Translations under genes and position numbers: made by a program
NCBI RefSeq assembly: GCF_001194135.2
Contig: NC_068981.1
Span: 43,732,378-43,796,377 of the forward strand
Direction of reading: 5' to 3'
Length of the DNA: 64,000 nt
Source: Octopus bimaculoides
Lineage: Eukaryota
Shown: positions 26,577-37,919 of the stretch, piece after piece
Layout: each line of letters begins with the position of its first letter
Numbering within the stretch: the stretch's first letter is position 1
Notes under the pieces: model-generated
Told to the model about the DNA's origin: nothing
Seen by the model: only the letters and a program-made list of their open reading frames with translations
The model's database searches: none

Positions 26577-26798
26577 CCCTTTAGTATTCAAATAACTCTA
26601 TCAAATGTAATGCTTGTTTATTCACAATGTCTTGAATTAATCATGAGTTATATTTTGTAGCTTTAGGATTTTGATGATGTGATCAATTATTTTTAGAATG
26701 ACATTATAAGGTAGATGTGAGAAGCCAGAACTAGCCAGTTTGAACATAAAACAGGTAGAACATTTTAGCTGGATATAGTTGGTTTAAATGCTAATGGG
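26577..26798. mobile_element. piggyBac-type MITE, 222 bp
   Basis: TTAA at 26573-26576 and 26799-26802. Imperfect TIRs CCCTTTAGTATTCAAA / TTTAAATGCTAATGGG (13/16 match). Confidence 0.75.
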
Positions 26799-27243
26799 TT
26801 AATGTCCTTGAGAAAGGTACAATTTCCATTTTTAAAATGAATATAGACATCTATTTTTCTTTCTATCTATCTGTCAGTCTGTCTGTCCATCTGTAAATCC
26901 TTCTTTCCAATCGTCTATCCATCCAGTTGTCCATCTTTCCAATCATCCATCAGTTTGTCTACCAGTGTATGTTTGTATGTATATTTCTTTGGGATTTACT
27001 TTAAGTGATTTTCATTAGCAGAACACATGCTAGTTTCTAAGAAGGTTGCAAGGCACTTTTGCTTAAATCAAGACAGCTTTGGTGGCAGTGATCACCTGGA
27101 TTGACTGATGTATCTATAAATGTGTGTGTGTGTATCTGTATGTGAATAAGCTTGGAGGTGAGGGTGCGTGTGTCAAGATAAAACACAAACATGTTTGTTT
27201 TATTATTGTTTTCAAGTGTGCATGCATATATATATATATATAT

Positions 27244-27836
27244 AGTGTAGGTATCAGTTAAAGGGGTTTAACACCTCTGAGGGATAATTAAATCCAGAGT
27301 TGCTCCTGGCTATTAGCTGGGTAGGTACAGTCTTTTGTAAGGTTGTACACTAGCAGGTGGTTCGGTTGGAAAACTGGAGTTTAGGTTATATAGGAGAAGA
27401 AAATGGATATAATAACAATGGGAAACTTGTTGTTTTCGCTGGTATGTCTTTAATTAAATAGCTAACAAGGAAGAAGAAGCAGACATAAGAGAAGCATTTA
27501 CGATCGTTTCAATTTACTGGTTTAAGTAAATCTCTTCAGAATGCGAATATAGATAGATGCATCGGTTAGGATGTGAAAATAATTGATAGACATTTGATGG
27601 TAATGTAAACAATTTGATAATTTTTACATTAGATTTTTGTTCTTGTACTGGTAAATTCTCTGGGTAGCAGTTTGCTTGTGGTAGATTGCTTAGTTTCGTT
27701 GGGTAATTAGGGCAGGGTGAGTATTATTTAGGTGCGGGATTCCTAGTTTAATTAAGCACATTTTTTTCGCACGTGTGTATTCCATTTGGAATACACATGT
27801 GCCATTGTTATTATATCCATTCTCTTCTCCTATATA
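27244..27836 (-). mobile_element. Non-coding hammerhead-bearing insertion in (TA)n (PLE pLTR-like or retrozyme-like)
   Basis: Flanked by (TA)n on both sides. Hammerhead at 27494-27544. Inverted copy of 27387-27421 at 27802-27836. Hairpin at 27769-27802. Confidence 0.7.
27494..27544 (-). ncRNA. Minimal type I hammerhead ribozyme (core intact)
   Basis: Minus strand reads GCAUU-CUGAAGA-GAUUUACU uaaacc AGUAAAUU-GAAA-C gauc G-UA^AAUGC. Stem I is 5 bp, stem II is 8 bp, stem III is the palindrome ACGAUCGU, and the triplet is GUA. Confidence 0.88.
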
Positions 27837-27899
27837 TATATATATATATATATTCCATATGTAGATATGAATGAGCAAATATGTTCACCCAAGAACCTC

Positions 27900-28420
27900 A
27901 AATGGAAATTCCCTGAAATGTTTGAGACAAATTTTCACTCTTTGTCCCTATGATTTTATTTAAAGAATGCAGATCAGTCTGCTCTGTTCACATTTGGTGA
28001 ACCAAACCATTCAAAATTTTTATAAAGATTTGTTGTTATGTAAGCCTAATGCACCTATGACAATAAGAACAAATGAAATCTATGACCTGGATGTAAGAGC
28101 TGTAGATTTCTTATTAGTTCTTCATAGATGTTTTTCTTTCTCTCAGTTTCGGAAGATATTCACATCTGCTGGGCAGGTGATCTCCACCACAGTGCACAAC
28201 TTTTGCTCCCTGTCCCATGCAACAGAATCCGGTCTATTGTGCTCACATTGAGTTGCTGTGTCTAATGGAATGTTCCACCAGTATTCTTATTTTTAAAGGT
28301 GTGGTTACTTACTGGATCTGGTGTGCCTTTGGTATGACTTTTGGGACAATCCATCTTGCATAGAACATTGTAGTATCTTAGCAACAACCTTGTATCACAA
28401 ATGTCTGTGTATCTATAAAC
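27900..28420 (-). mobile_element. 3' remnant of an R4/Dong-like non-LTR retrotransposon (restriction-like endonuclease)
   Basis: Frameshifted translation: ..KVVAKIL/YNVLCKMDC../EYWWNIPLDTATQCEHNRPDSVAWDREQKLCTVVEITCPADVNI../IYEELIRNLQLLHPGHRF../IVIGALG. This is a PD-(D/E)xK-type RLE signature. Confidence 0.8.
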
Positions 28421-28506
28421 ATATAATTTACATCTAACCAATAGAAGAACTCAAACACAATAGTGCAAGCTAATATGACATTCATTAATTATAAAATGTT
28501 AAAGCA

Positions 28507-28523
28507 ATGGGTGGTCTCCTTAC

Positions 28524-28604
<81 letters not shown>
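28507..28604. repeat. Long pure (TG)n microsatellite, one of dozens of TA/TG/GA/ATG/TATC/GTA arrays
   Basis: Seen directly. Other long arrays include 17176-17227, 28930-28985, 49070-49185, 58165-58226 and 58693-58753. Confidence 0.98.
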
Positions 28605-28605
<1 letters not shown>

Positions 28606-28925
28606 TATAAACATGCCATTTAAATGTGCAATCTAATAAGAGAGACCTTCTTCACTGTGCTGAACGAATCTGCTAGAAATAGCAACCAAAGCTATCATCA
28701 ATCATACCATGTTTTACAAAGTAAGTAAAAACTGGAAGCACATATTGGATAACATAATCTGTGATAAACTATAAAGCTAGAGTGGTCATGATGAGAATGA
28801 TAATGATGAGGATGATAATGATGAAGATGATGATTTGCAACTAGCCTGATAAGCACCACTTCAGGAAACTCTCAGCCCTTGCATCACTCTAACTTCTGCT
28901 GATTAATAAAACACACTTATGCACA

Positions 28926-28990
<65 letters not shown>

Positions 28991-28993
<3 letters not shown>

Positions 28994-29620
28994 AGGGGCA
29001 ACACAGAAAAATGAGAACTCTTCAAAGCCCCAACAAAAATAGGAAAAACTCAAATCCAACAAAACAAATTTATTAACAGAAATTAAACAAATTGCCTTTT
29101 AAGAATCAGTAATCAAAATTATTCATGTTTGAAGATTATGTCTTGTAGATGATGTCCTATTCTACATATGCATTCTGCCAGTCTACCATTGAGGTTCCCT
29201 TTTGCTCAGTGCAACGTCTCAGTTGGTATACCATAAATTTTGTTTTCAATTCTTTGTTTCAATTCATCCAGTGTCCTTGGCTGAGCCATATAGATCTGAC
29301 ACTTAAGGTAGCCCCACAAGGAAAAATCACAAACAGACAAATTTGGTGATCTTGGGAGCCAGTGAATATCACCAAATCTTGAGATGATACGGTTACTGAA
29401 CAAATATTGCATAGATGCCATTGATTACCTTGTAGTGTGTGATGTCACACCTTCCTATTTAGTGTGCTATGTCACACCATCATGAAGTTGTGGAAAATTG
29501 TTCAATGCAGGTGAAACAAAGATTGCAGCATGTTACTGCTTTGTGTAGAAATCTAGTCAAGTGGGGTCATAATCACTACTGTGATAACAAAGACGAACAA
29601 TGTTTAAAATTTTTTGAGTC
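28991..29620 (-). mobile_element. Tc1/mariner DDxD-type (maT/rosa-like) transposase 3' fragment
   Basis: ORF 29206-29421: RFGDIHWLPRSPNLSVCDFSLWGYLKCQIY..PRTLDELKQRI. The upstream HDGVT*HT motif is present. TIR-like TAAGGGGCAACACAGAAAAATG lies near 28991. Confidence 0.85.
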
Positions 29621-30764
29621 CTTTATTTTCTATTCATACATAATATCGTGCAGGTGTACTGTGTGTATATACAAATGTATAGCAAGTGTATGGTAGACTA
29701 CGAAATAAAACAAACTTAAATACAAAAATTATTTGAACAGGGTTTTACTGATATTTGACTTCTTGATATACAACTTTCTTGTAACATTGGATATACACAC
29801 ACATGGATACACAATTATCTACGCATTATTATAAGTCTCAGGTTAATGTAAGGAAAACAACTAGATAATTTTAAATTATCTTACAAAACCTTTGTTGGCT
29901 CATCATCCTAGAAGCAGCAGAAAATTGGTCACACTGGTACAAAGCTGCATTTGCAGTAATATGAAATATCCAAAGAAGAACATTCAGATATGATAGTAGG
30001 TTTACTGAGATATAGATGGACACAAAAAGGGACCCCACTCCTTTTTTTTAAAACAGAATGACCTCAATCCCAGCTACAAACTGGAAGTGACTCACTTCCG
30101 ACAAGTTGTGAAAACCAATACTAAATAGTAATACAGTAGACTGATCATTGGAGATAACACAGCATCTAAACATATCAATCCAAAGTGACAGTCATTGTGA
30201 TCCTCTCTTCATTCTCGGAAGAAGACTAATTTCTATACTGTAATGACTCACATAATAATCAAATTAATAAATGGCCATCATAATAAGTAATTAATATTGT
30301 TCTTCATCATTTAATTTTATGTGATGCAACATATCATAATGCATAAAAGTAACATTGAGCTAGAGAATGGTTTGCTGTTAAGGAATACCAAAAATATTTA
30401 CTTTTTTGATTTTCATTCAATATTTTCATGTGAAGACATAGAGTATAACCATTCATACAGACATACGTATGCTTGTAAACATACATACATGCATTAATGA
30501 ATGAATAAGTATGTCCATTCTCTCGGATGAGGATTGGAAGCCTCAAATGCAAACACTGCCACCACTCTTCACCACTTACTGCAGTCTAGTGATGAAGTTG
30601 CATGCTCCACACTCCAACATGTCCCTCCCTTTTCAGTCCTTGTCGCCCATTTTCCAAGTGGTCAGTCCTCAATGTTGTATGCACAGAGTTTCTCAGTCAG
30701 CCCTGAAAAAAACAGCCAAAATATTTGTGTGTGTGTGCGTGTGTGTGTGTTTGTGATCATATAT

Positions 30765-31110
30765 CATCCTTTAACGTCCACCTTCCATGCAGGCATGGGT
30801 TGTATGGTATGACAGGAGCTGGACAGGCAGAAGACTACCCCAGCTGCTGTGTCTGTTTTTGCAAGGTTTATATGGCTGGATGCCCTTTCTAACATCAGCC
30901 ACTCTGCAAAGTGGACTGAGTGATTTTACATGGCACCAGCACAAGTGAGGTCAGTTTTGGCATGGTTTTTACAGTTGGATGCCCTTTCAAATGCCAACCA
31001 CTTTACAGTGTGGACTGAGTGCTTCTTACGTGGCACCAGCACTGTCAGGGTCACCAAGTAACTTGCAAGACAAGGAAGTTTGAGAGGAGTAGAGACTACA
31101 GTATGTGGTG
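30765..31110 (-). mobile_element. RTE-type 3' tail with an internal tandem duplication
   Basis: TTTAACGTCCACCTTCCATGC.. followed by two copies of TGGATGCCCTTT..CCACT..GTGGACTGAGTG..TGGCACCAGCAC. Confidence 0.75.
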
Positions 31111-31149
31111 AGGAGTAGTGGCTGTGTTTGTATTTGAAGCTCTCAACCA

Positions 31150-31376
31150 TCATATATACAAGGAAGTGCTGTAAGGTTTCTGGTGTTAAGCATATCGAGA
31201 AAGGCCTGGCAGAAGGCCCAAACTTCTGAGTTCTTTTACAAGACTTAGAAAAAACTGAAGAACCACTGCAACATGTGTGAATCTGAGAGGGGAATATGTT
31301 GAATATAATCAAAATTAACCAATCCTCCTGTATTTTTTTAACCCAAAGCTAGGAACTTTTCAGTACTCTGTTGTAT
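31150..31376 (+). mobile_element. mariner 3' end fragment
   Basis: ..TCVNLRGEYVEY C-terminal motif, then GGAACTTTTCAGTACTCTGTTGTA (mariner-type TIR ending in TA). Confidence 0.65.
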
Positions 31377-31418
31377 GTATATACATACATATGTTGTATG
31401 TATATACATATATATATT

Positions 31419-31459
<41 letters not shown>

Positions 31460-32331
31460 TGACACAGTTGGCTTCCAAAGAGTTCACCAATTTTACTTAC
31501 AAGCCATTAATCTGCTCAAGTCTAAAGTAGATGTTTTTCCAAGGTGCTGGACAGTGGGATAGAATCTAAAACCTAGTCATTACAGAGCAAAGTCTGTATC
31601 TTCACAGCCATATAATAATTACAATATAAAATGATTCCTCGGCTTTACTTCATTTTGTAATGCTCTATGCCCTGCACTAAGCTGCAACAGGTCTATTTTT
31701 CAGTTCCCTTGTTCATTATTTCTCTACATATACGCATAACCTTTTGATAGGTTGAATTCAGTATTATTATTTTTAACGGAATAAATATGTAATTCTCTTA
31801 ATTAGTCTGCTACAGACATATGGGTAGCAGAATAGTCTGGATATTTAGATTTGCTTTAGCAATAGAAAATCTTGGAAATTTAGCTATGAAGAATCCCTAG
31901 AGTTTTCAATGGAAACTTAAATTGAACCAAAACCTAAAATAATCATTTGGACATTCTATTTCTATATTTCTGATGGATTTATCTTCAATAATCTATTTCA
32001 GGCAGTCCTATCTTGGGAATGATTCCAATCTATCTTGATTCCCATAATTTAGTGTTCTTTACTTTTTCTTGTTATTAACATACATACGCTCATACTTTAT
32101 CTATACATATTCATTCATAATCTTGTTGATCACTAGACTAATGAATGTGTATATACAACAAACTCTTGGCAACACCTCTTAACTTTCAGTCACTCCTACA
32201 GCAATAATTACATTAAACCAGCTGTCAGCCACAACAGACAAACATAACATAGCTGTATATGATATAATCATCATCATACATTTCATCTAATAGCACCTGT
32301 TTTACCATGAAGTAGAATATCTATGTATGTA

Positions 32332-32372
<41 letters not shown>

Positions 32373-32478
32373 ATATCTGCATGTCTACACATGCTCTCTC
32401 ATACACATACACATGTGCACATGCATGCATGCACACACACACACATGTATATATTATATATATACATACATATATGCG

Positions 32479-32536
<58 letters not shown>

Positions 32537-33670
32537 NNNNNNNNNNNNNNNNNNNNNNNNNNNNNNNNNNNNNNNNNNNNNNNNNNNNNNNNNNNNNNNN
32601 NNNNNNNNNNNNNNNNNNNNNNNNNNNNNNNNNNNNNNNNNNNNNNNNNNNNNNNNNNNNNNNNNNNNNNNACACATGATATATATGTAGATAATTAAGT
32701 TTGAGAGAGAAAAAGAAATAGCTGTTTTGACCTTTACTAAAACTGTTTCAAATACCAAGTCTTGTTTTCCTAATTACTCCATTAGCCCCAAATTGTGCAA
32801 TAGTTTATTAGCTAAAGTTTCATATTTTAATTATGGTGCAGCATGAGAACAATTGGTTTTTAATTTTTATTTATTTTTATTTTCATTTTATTTCTTACAT
32901 TTTGTTTATTCATTTAGTCTTTATCGTTTTTGCTTCATAAACATCTCATTCTGCTTGTTTTTATTTCTTACTCAGTTTCGACATATAAAGAGTGTACTTG
33001 CTGCTGTAATGGATATGTGATGCGTATGGAAGATGATGGCTATATGAAGAAGTGTACAGGGTTCAAAGTAGATGGAAACTGAAAGAAGCCCATCATGTGT
33101 GTGTGTCTTTGTGTCTGCGTTTGTCCATCACCACTGCTTGAAAGCCGATGTTGGTGAGTTTACATCCCCTGTAACTTAGCAGTTGGGTAGACTTAAAAGA
33201 AAATAAGTACCAGAGTTGATCTATGTGGCCACAGTTTAATGACTGAAACAAGTAAAAGATAAAATATAAAAGATATCCATATAACATGGGGAAATAAATG
33301 TTGAAAATGCTGGTAGCATTGGAGACTGGATGGCATATGCATACTTATATATATACACACCACACACATATACATACATGCATACATGTGTACATGCAGT
33401 GACTGACACTTCTCATTGATGATTTCCAGTTGATTGAAATCATGTAATATGAGGATTCCGCTGCCCATGACAGACGATTCTCATTTGCTATGATCTGTGT
33501 GTGTGTCTTTATGCATCAAGTGTCTATATGAGAGGATCTCTCAAGGCCAATAATGAAGTATCTGGTGTTCTAAAGAGACATTCTTGTTAAGCCTTATATA
33601 AAGATCACCTTTCAATACCAATACTGTTTTGTTGGTAATACTTAATATGAATATGTATATCTATCCCCCC

Positions 33671-33712
<42 letters not shown>

Positions 33713-33989
33713 NNNNNNNNNNCTATCTATCTATCTATCTATCGACACACACACACACACACACACACATGGTTGACATCATATGAATTTATAAATTTTA
33801 AGAGAATAAGGAATAATTGTTTTGGAACAGTGATATTCAATGCAGATAAAACTATAAATGATGGCGAGTAAAAATTGGGTTAAAACTCCTTTTTGATAGA
33901 AGAATCATAAGGCTGCCCATGTGACTCAAGCTCATAGCCTCTGTAAACATAACAGGCTTTCTACCATTGAACCAAGCAACCCTTTGTAT

Positions 33990-34400
33990 TTCATCATCAT
34001 CATCATTTAACGTCCGCTTTCCATGCTAGCATGGGTTGGACGATTTGACTGAGGAATGGCAAACCAGATGGCTTCGCCAGGCTCCAATCTGGTCTGGCAG
34101 AGTTTCCACAGCTGGATGCCCTTCCCAATGTTAACCACTCTGAGAGTGTAGTGGGTGCTTTTATGTGCCATTGGCACGAGGGCCAGTCAGGCAGTACTGG
34201 CAACGGCCACGCTCAAATGGTGTTTTTTACATGCCACCTGCACAGGAGTCAGTCCAGCGGCACTGGCAACCATCTCGCTTGTCTGTTTTGTTCACGTGCC
34301 ACCGGCACAAGTGCTGGTAAGGTGACACTGGTAACGATCACTCTCAAATGATGCTTTTTACGTGCCACTGTCACGGAAGCCAGTCAGCTGCTCTGGCAGT
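33990..34400 (-). mobile_element. RTE LINE 3' UTR/tail
   Basis: (ATC)n, then TTTAACGTCCGCTTTCCATGCTAGCATGGGTTGGACG..GGATGCCCTTCC, and repeated TTTTA(C/T)(G/A)TGCCAC units. Confidence 0.88.
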
Positions 34401-34759
34401 GATTTATTTTTCTCTATATTTTTAAAACTGTTGATATCATAAAAAATTTATATATATTGAGTGTATGGCTAACCATATACTTCTAAATAAGACCCTGATT
34501 TTTACCATTATACCTTGCGGATATGTAAAATAATAATTTTTTTGGAACAGTGAAACTCAATGCAGAGAAAGCTGTAATTAATAGCTTGTAAATATTGTGT
34601 TAAAAATACTCTTTGCAAAGAAAATGTGGAAGGCTGCTTTGAGTTTAACTGAAATATTGGTTCACTCCAATAACAGAATGCCTTGGGCAGCCTTCACCTT
34701 TTTCTATTCAAAGGCTTTTCTAACAATATTTATATGCTATTATTTTTAGCTTTGTCTAC

Positions 34760-35181
34760 TAACAGTTTCATTGTTCTCAACATGGCTGTAGTAGCGAAAT
34801 GTGCTGAGACACATTTTTGAAGAAAAAAAACATACATTTGGCCCAACAGCCCTCACCGTTTGTTTTTACTGTCATTTTTTTTTTTTTCTTTTTACTGTTT
34901 TTATTGTTTTTACTGTCTTGTTCTCACTGTCCTGTTCTTGTTAACACTTTCACCCTCCGCAAAAAATTCCAAATTTTATTTAATTTGCTTTGCGGGAAGG
35001 ACTGTTCCAACGAAGTCGCGTATTGTACTTGCCTTTGAAATGCAGAGTAAATGGACAGGGACAACTGATGAAGGGATATACTCTATGTTGCATGTCTCGT
35101 TTCTCTTTTTTTTCGTTATTCAAGAAAAGTTTGTTTTCTGTTTTCATTTTTATGTTTTCGTTTTTCGTTTCTCATTGTGTT
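34760..35181 (+). mobile_element. Probable PLE terminal-repeat fragment
   Basis: Eroded hammerhead-like GGCT-GTAGT-AGC-GAAA-TGTG at 34784-34803. The CTGATGAAGGG motif at 35065 is also seen near other PLE-like pieces (48646, 63769). Confidence 0.4.
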
Positions 35182-35468
35182 NNNNNNNNNNNNNNNNNNN
35201 NNNNNNNNNNNNNNNNNNNNNNNNNNNNNNNNNNNNNNNNNNNNNNNNNNNNNNNNNNNNNNNNNNNNNNNNNNNNNNNNNNNNNNNNNNNNNNNNNNNN
35301 NNNNNNNNNNNNNNNNNNNNNNNNNNNNNNNNNNNTATATGGTGCCTGTAGAGCACTGCATCTCAGGTGATGAAAAATACGATGGTGCCCCAGCATGATC
35401 GCATCTTAAAAACTGAAACAGCTTACAGAATTTAAAGAATGTGTGCATGTGTGTGTGTGTGTCTGTAT

Positions 35469-35504
<36 letters not shown>

Positions 35505-35513
<9 letters not shown>

Positions 35514-35855
35514 GATCTCTACTTCTGGGGGGAACTTGTGGAAGAGGTAGACCCAGGAAGAGATGGGATGAGGTGGTAAAATATGATCTTCAGATGTTGA
35601 ATCCCACAGACTCTCAGAAGCAATGACGTGCTTGAGAAGACACATCAAGGTAAGTTGTGGCCAGTACTGGTGATATGTAAAAGGCACCTAGTACACTCTG
35701 TAGAGTGGTTGGCATTAGGAAAGGCATCCGGTCATAGATACCAAATTGAAACAGACAAGTCTGGTGCTGATCTCTGGCTTACCAGTCAGTCCCAGTCAAA
35801 CTGTCCAACCCATGTCAGCATGGAAAACGGGTACTAAATGATGGTGATGATAATG
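35505..35855 (+). mobile_element. RTE C-terminus plus 3' tail
   Basis: GTCGRGRPRKRWDEVVKYDLQML, followed by the RTE tail and ATG repeats. Confidence 0.85.
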
Positions 35856-37919
35856 ATAAATATATATAGTCTTCTATTTTTTCATTCTGTTATTTGTTTC
35901 AGTCATTTAACTGCTGCCATGCTGGAGCACTGCTTTAAGTCGAACAAGTTAACCTCAGGTTGTCAAGTGATGGTGGGGAGGCAAGCACAAACACACACAC
36001 ACATGCGAAGGGCTTCTTTCAGTTTCCATCTGCCATATCCACTCACAAGGCTTAAGTTGGCCCACAACTATATTAGAAGACACTTGCCCAACTTGTCACA
36101 TAGTGGGACTGAACCTGAAACCTGTACGTATATATGCATATACTCATTTACTTTTGTTTTTACATGATTNNNNNNNNNNNNNNNNNNNNNNNNNNNNNNN
36201 NNNNNNNNNNNNNNNNNNNNNNNNNNNNNNNNNNNNNNNNNNNNNNNNNNNNNNNNNNNNNNNNNNNNNNNNNNNNNNNNNNNNNNNNNNNNNNNNNNNN
36301 NNNNNNNNNNNNNNNNNNNNNNNNNNNNNNNNNNNNNNNNNNNNNNNNNNNNNNNNNNNNNNNNNNNNNNNNNNNNNNNNNNNNNNNNNNNNNNNNNNNN
36401 NNNNNNNNNNNNNNNNNNNNNNNNNNNNNNNNNNNNNNNNNNNNNNNNNNNNNNNNNNNNNNNNNNNNNNNNNNNNNNNNNNNNNNNNNNNNNNNNNNNN
36501 NNNNNNNNNNNNNNNNNNNNNNNNNNNNNNNNNNNNNNNNNNNNNNNNNNNNNNNNNNNNNNNNNNNNNNNNNNNNNNNNNNNNNNNNNNNNNNNNNNNN
36601 NNNNNNNNNNNNNNNNNNNNNNNNNNNNNNNNNNNNNNNNNNNNNNNNNNNNNNNNNNNNNNNNNNNNNNNNNNNNNNNNNNNNNNNNNNNNNNNNNNNN
36701 NNNNNNNNNNNNNNNNNNNNNNNNNNNNNNNNNNNNNNNNNNNNNNNNNNNNNNNNNNNNNNNNNNNNNNNNNNNNNNNNNNNNNNNNNNNNNNNNNNNN
36801 NNNNNNNNNNNNNNNNNNNNNNNNNNNNNNNNNNNNNNNNNNNNNNNNNNNNNNNNNNNNNNNNNNTACGTATATATGCATATACTCATTTACTTTTGTT
36901 TTTATATATATGTGTATATACACACACACATGCACACACACACACACACATGCACACACACACATACATATTCAAAGCTGTCTAAACATATTTTACTACT
37001 ACACCAATTCTCATGATAAACTGATAAATACGAAACTCAGAATAACAACAGAATACAGTGTCAGTTTCAAAGACATAAATAAGCTGTTTACACCTATTGA
37101 GTACTTTTGTTTATTCATCCCAAAGACACACATGCTCACATGTACGCATAGAGAGAGAGTGAGAGAGAGAGAGAGACACACACATACACACACACCTACA
37201 CACACACACACAGACACATACACGGACACACAACAGACACATGCATTTATTTCTGCTTTCTCATTCAAATTAGATCATTTTCCTTTCAACTCAATGGCAC
37301 TGATCACATATGTACTTGCATTATGGGATAAATTTTAAGTGATATGCTATTCATATTAGCATTTTTTTCTTACAGGTTCTCTTGCTCAGTGAAAAGATAT
37401 TAATATTACAATTCTCCAAGCTAGTATCATGAAATTGAATTAAGTTAGCAAGATCATTGAGCTTGGATTGTGTTCATAGCTGAAGCAAATATATTTTACT
37501 AATGCAGATTATACCAATTGGGGAAACCTTGGACATTGCAACATTTCATTCCTGGCCATAAAATATTGGAGCATCTGTTTGGTGGAAAATAACCAATATG
37601 ATAATTTTTCTTGCATTTGTTTATAGTTTGTCATGGAGAACATAGTATTCTGTTTGTCTGTCAGTGTGTCTCTTTATTTCTCTCTTTTTTTTCACTCTTG
37701 CTCTCTCTTTCTTTATTCTTTATACATACATACAAGCATACATGTAATGCAAAACATCGAAATTACACAGTGTAGACATAGATATATTTCCCAAAACATG
37801 AACTCACAGGCACACATATGCACAAACACACATACACACACACACACAAACAGGCACATACACACGCACAAAAACAGACGCACATACACACACATGCACA
37901 CACACACACATACATATAT

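Noticed and set aside
28313-28412. Minus-strand exon-like segment with an AG/GTAAGT frame (YTDICDTRLLLRYYNVLCKMDC..)
   Set aside because: It continues directly, with frameshifts, into the RLE domain of the R4-like element. It is retrotransposon sequence and the splice signals are probably chance.
30580-30702. 123-nt minus-strand segment with a strong acceptor and donor
   Set aside because: Stops occur in all three frames, and the frameshifted translation resembles an RTE C-terminus (CAYNIED..WKM.DKD..RDMLECGA).
33810-34640. ~105-bp degenerate direct repeats (33810-33918 and 34528-34640) around an RTE tail
   Set aside because: Too long and too diverged for a TSD. Probably an old local duplication with no further signal.
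35040-35090. Possible type II hammerhead (GAAA upstream of CTGATGA)
   Set aside because: No stem I complementarity, and stems II and III are mostly G-U pairs.
36124-36905. ~37-bp direct repeat on both sides of the ~700-N gap
   Set aside because: Typical unmerged contig overlap or collapsed repeat at a scaffold gap.
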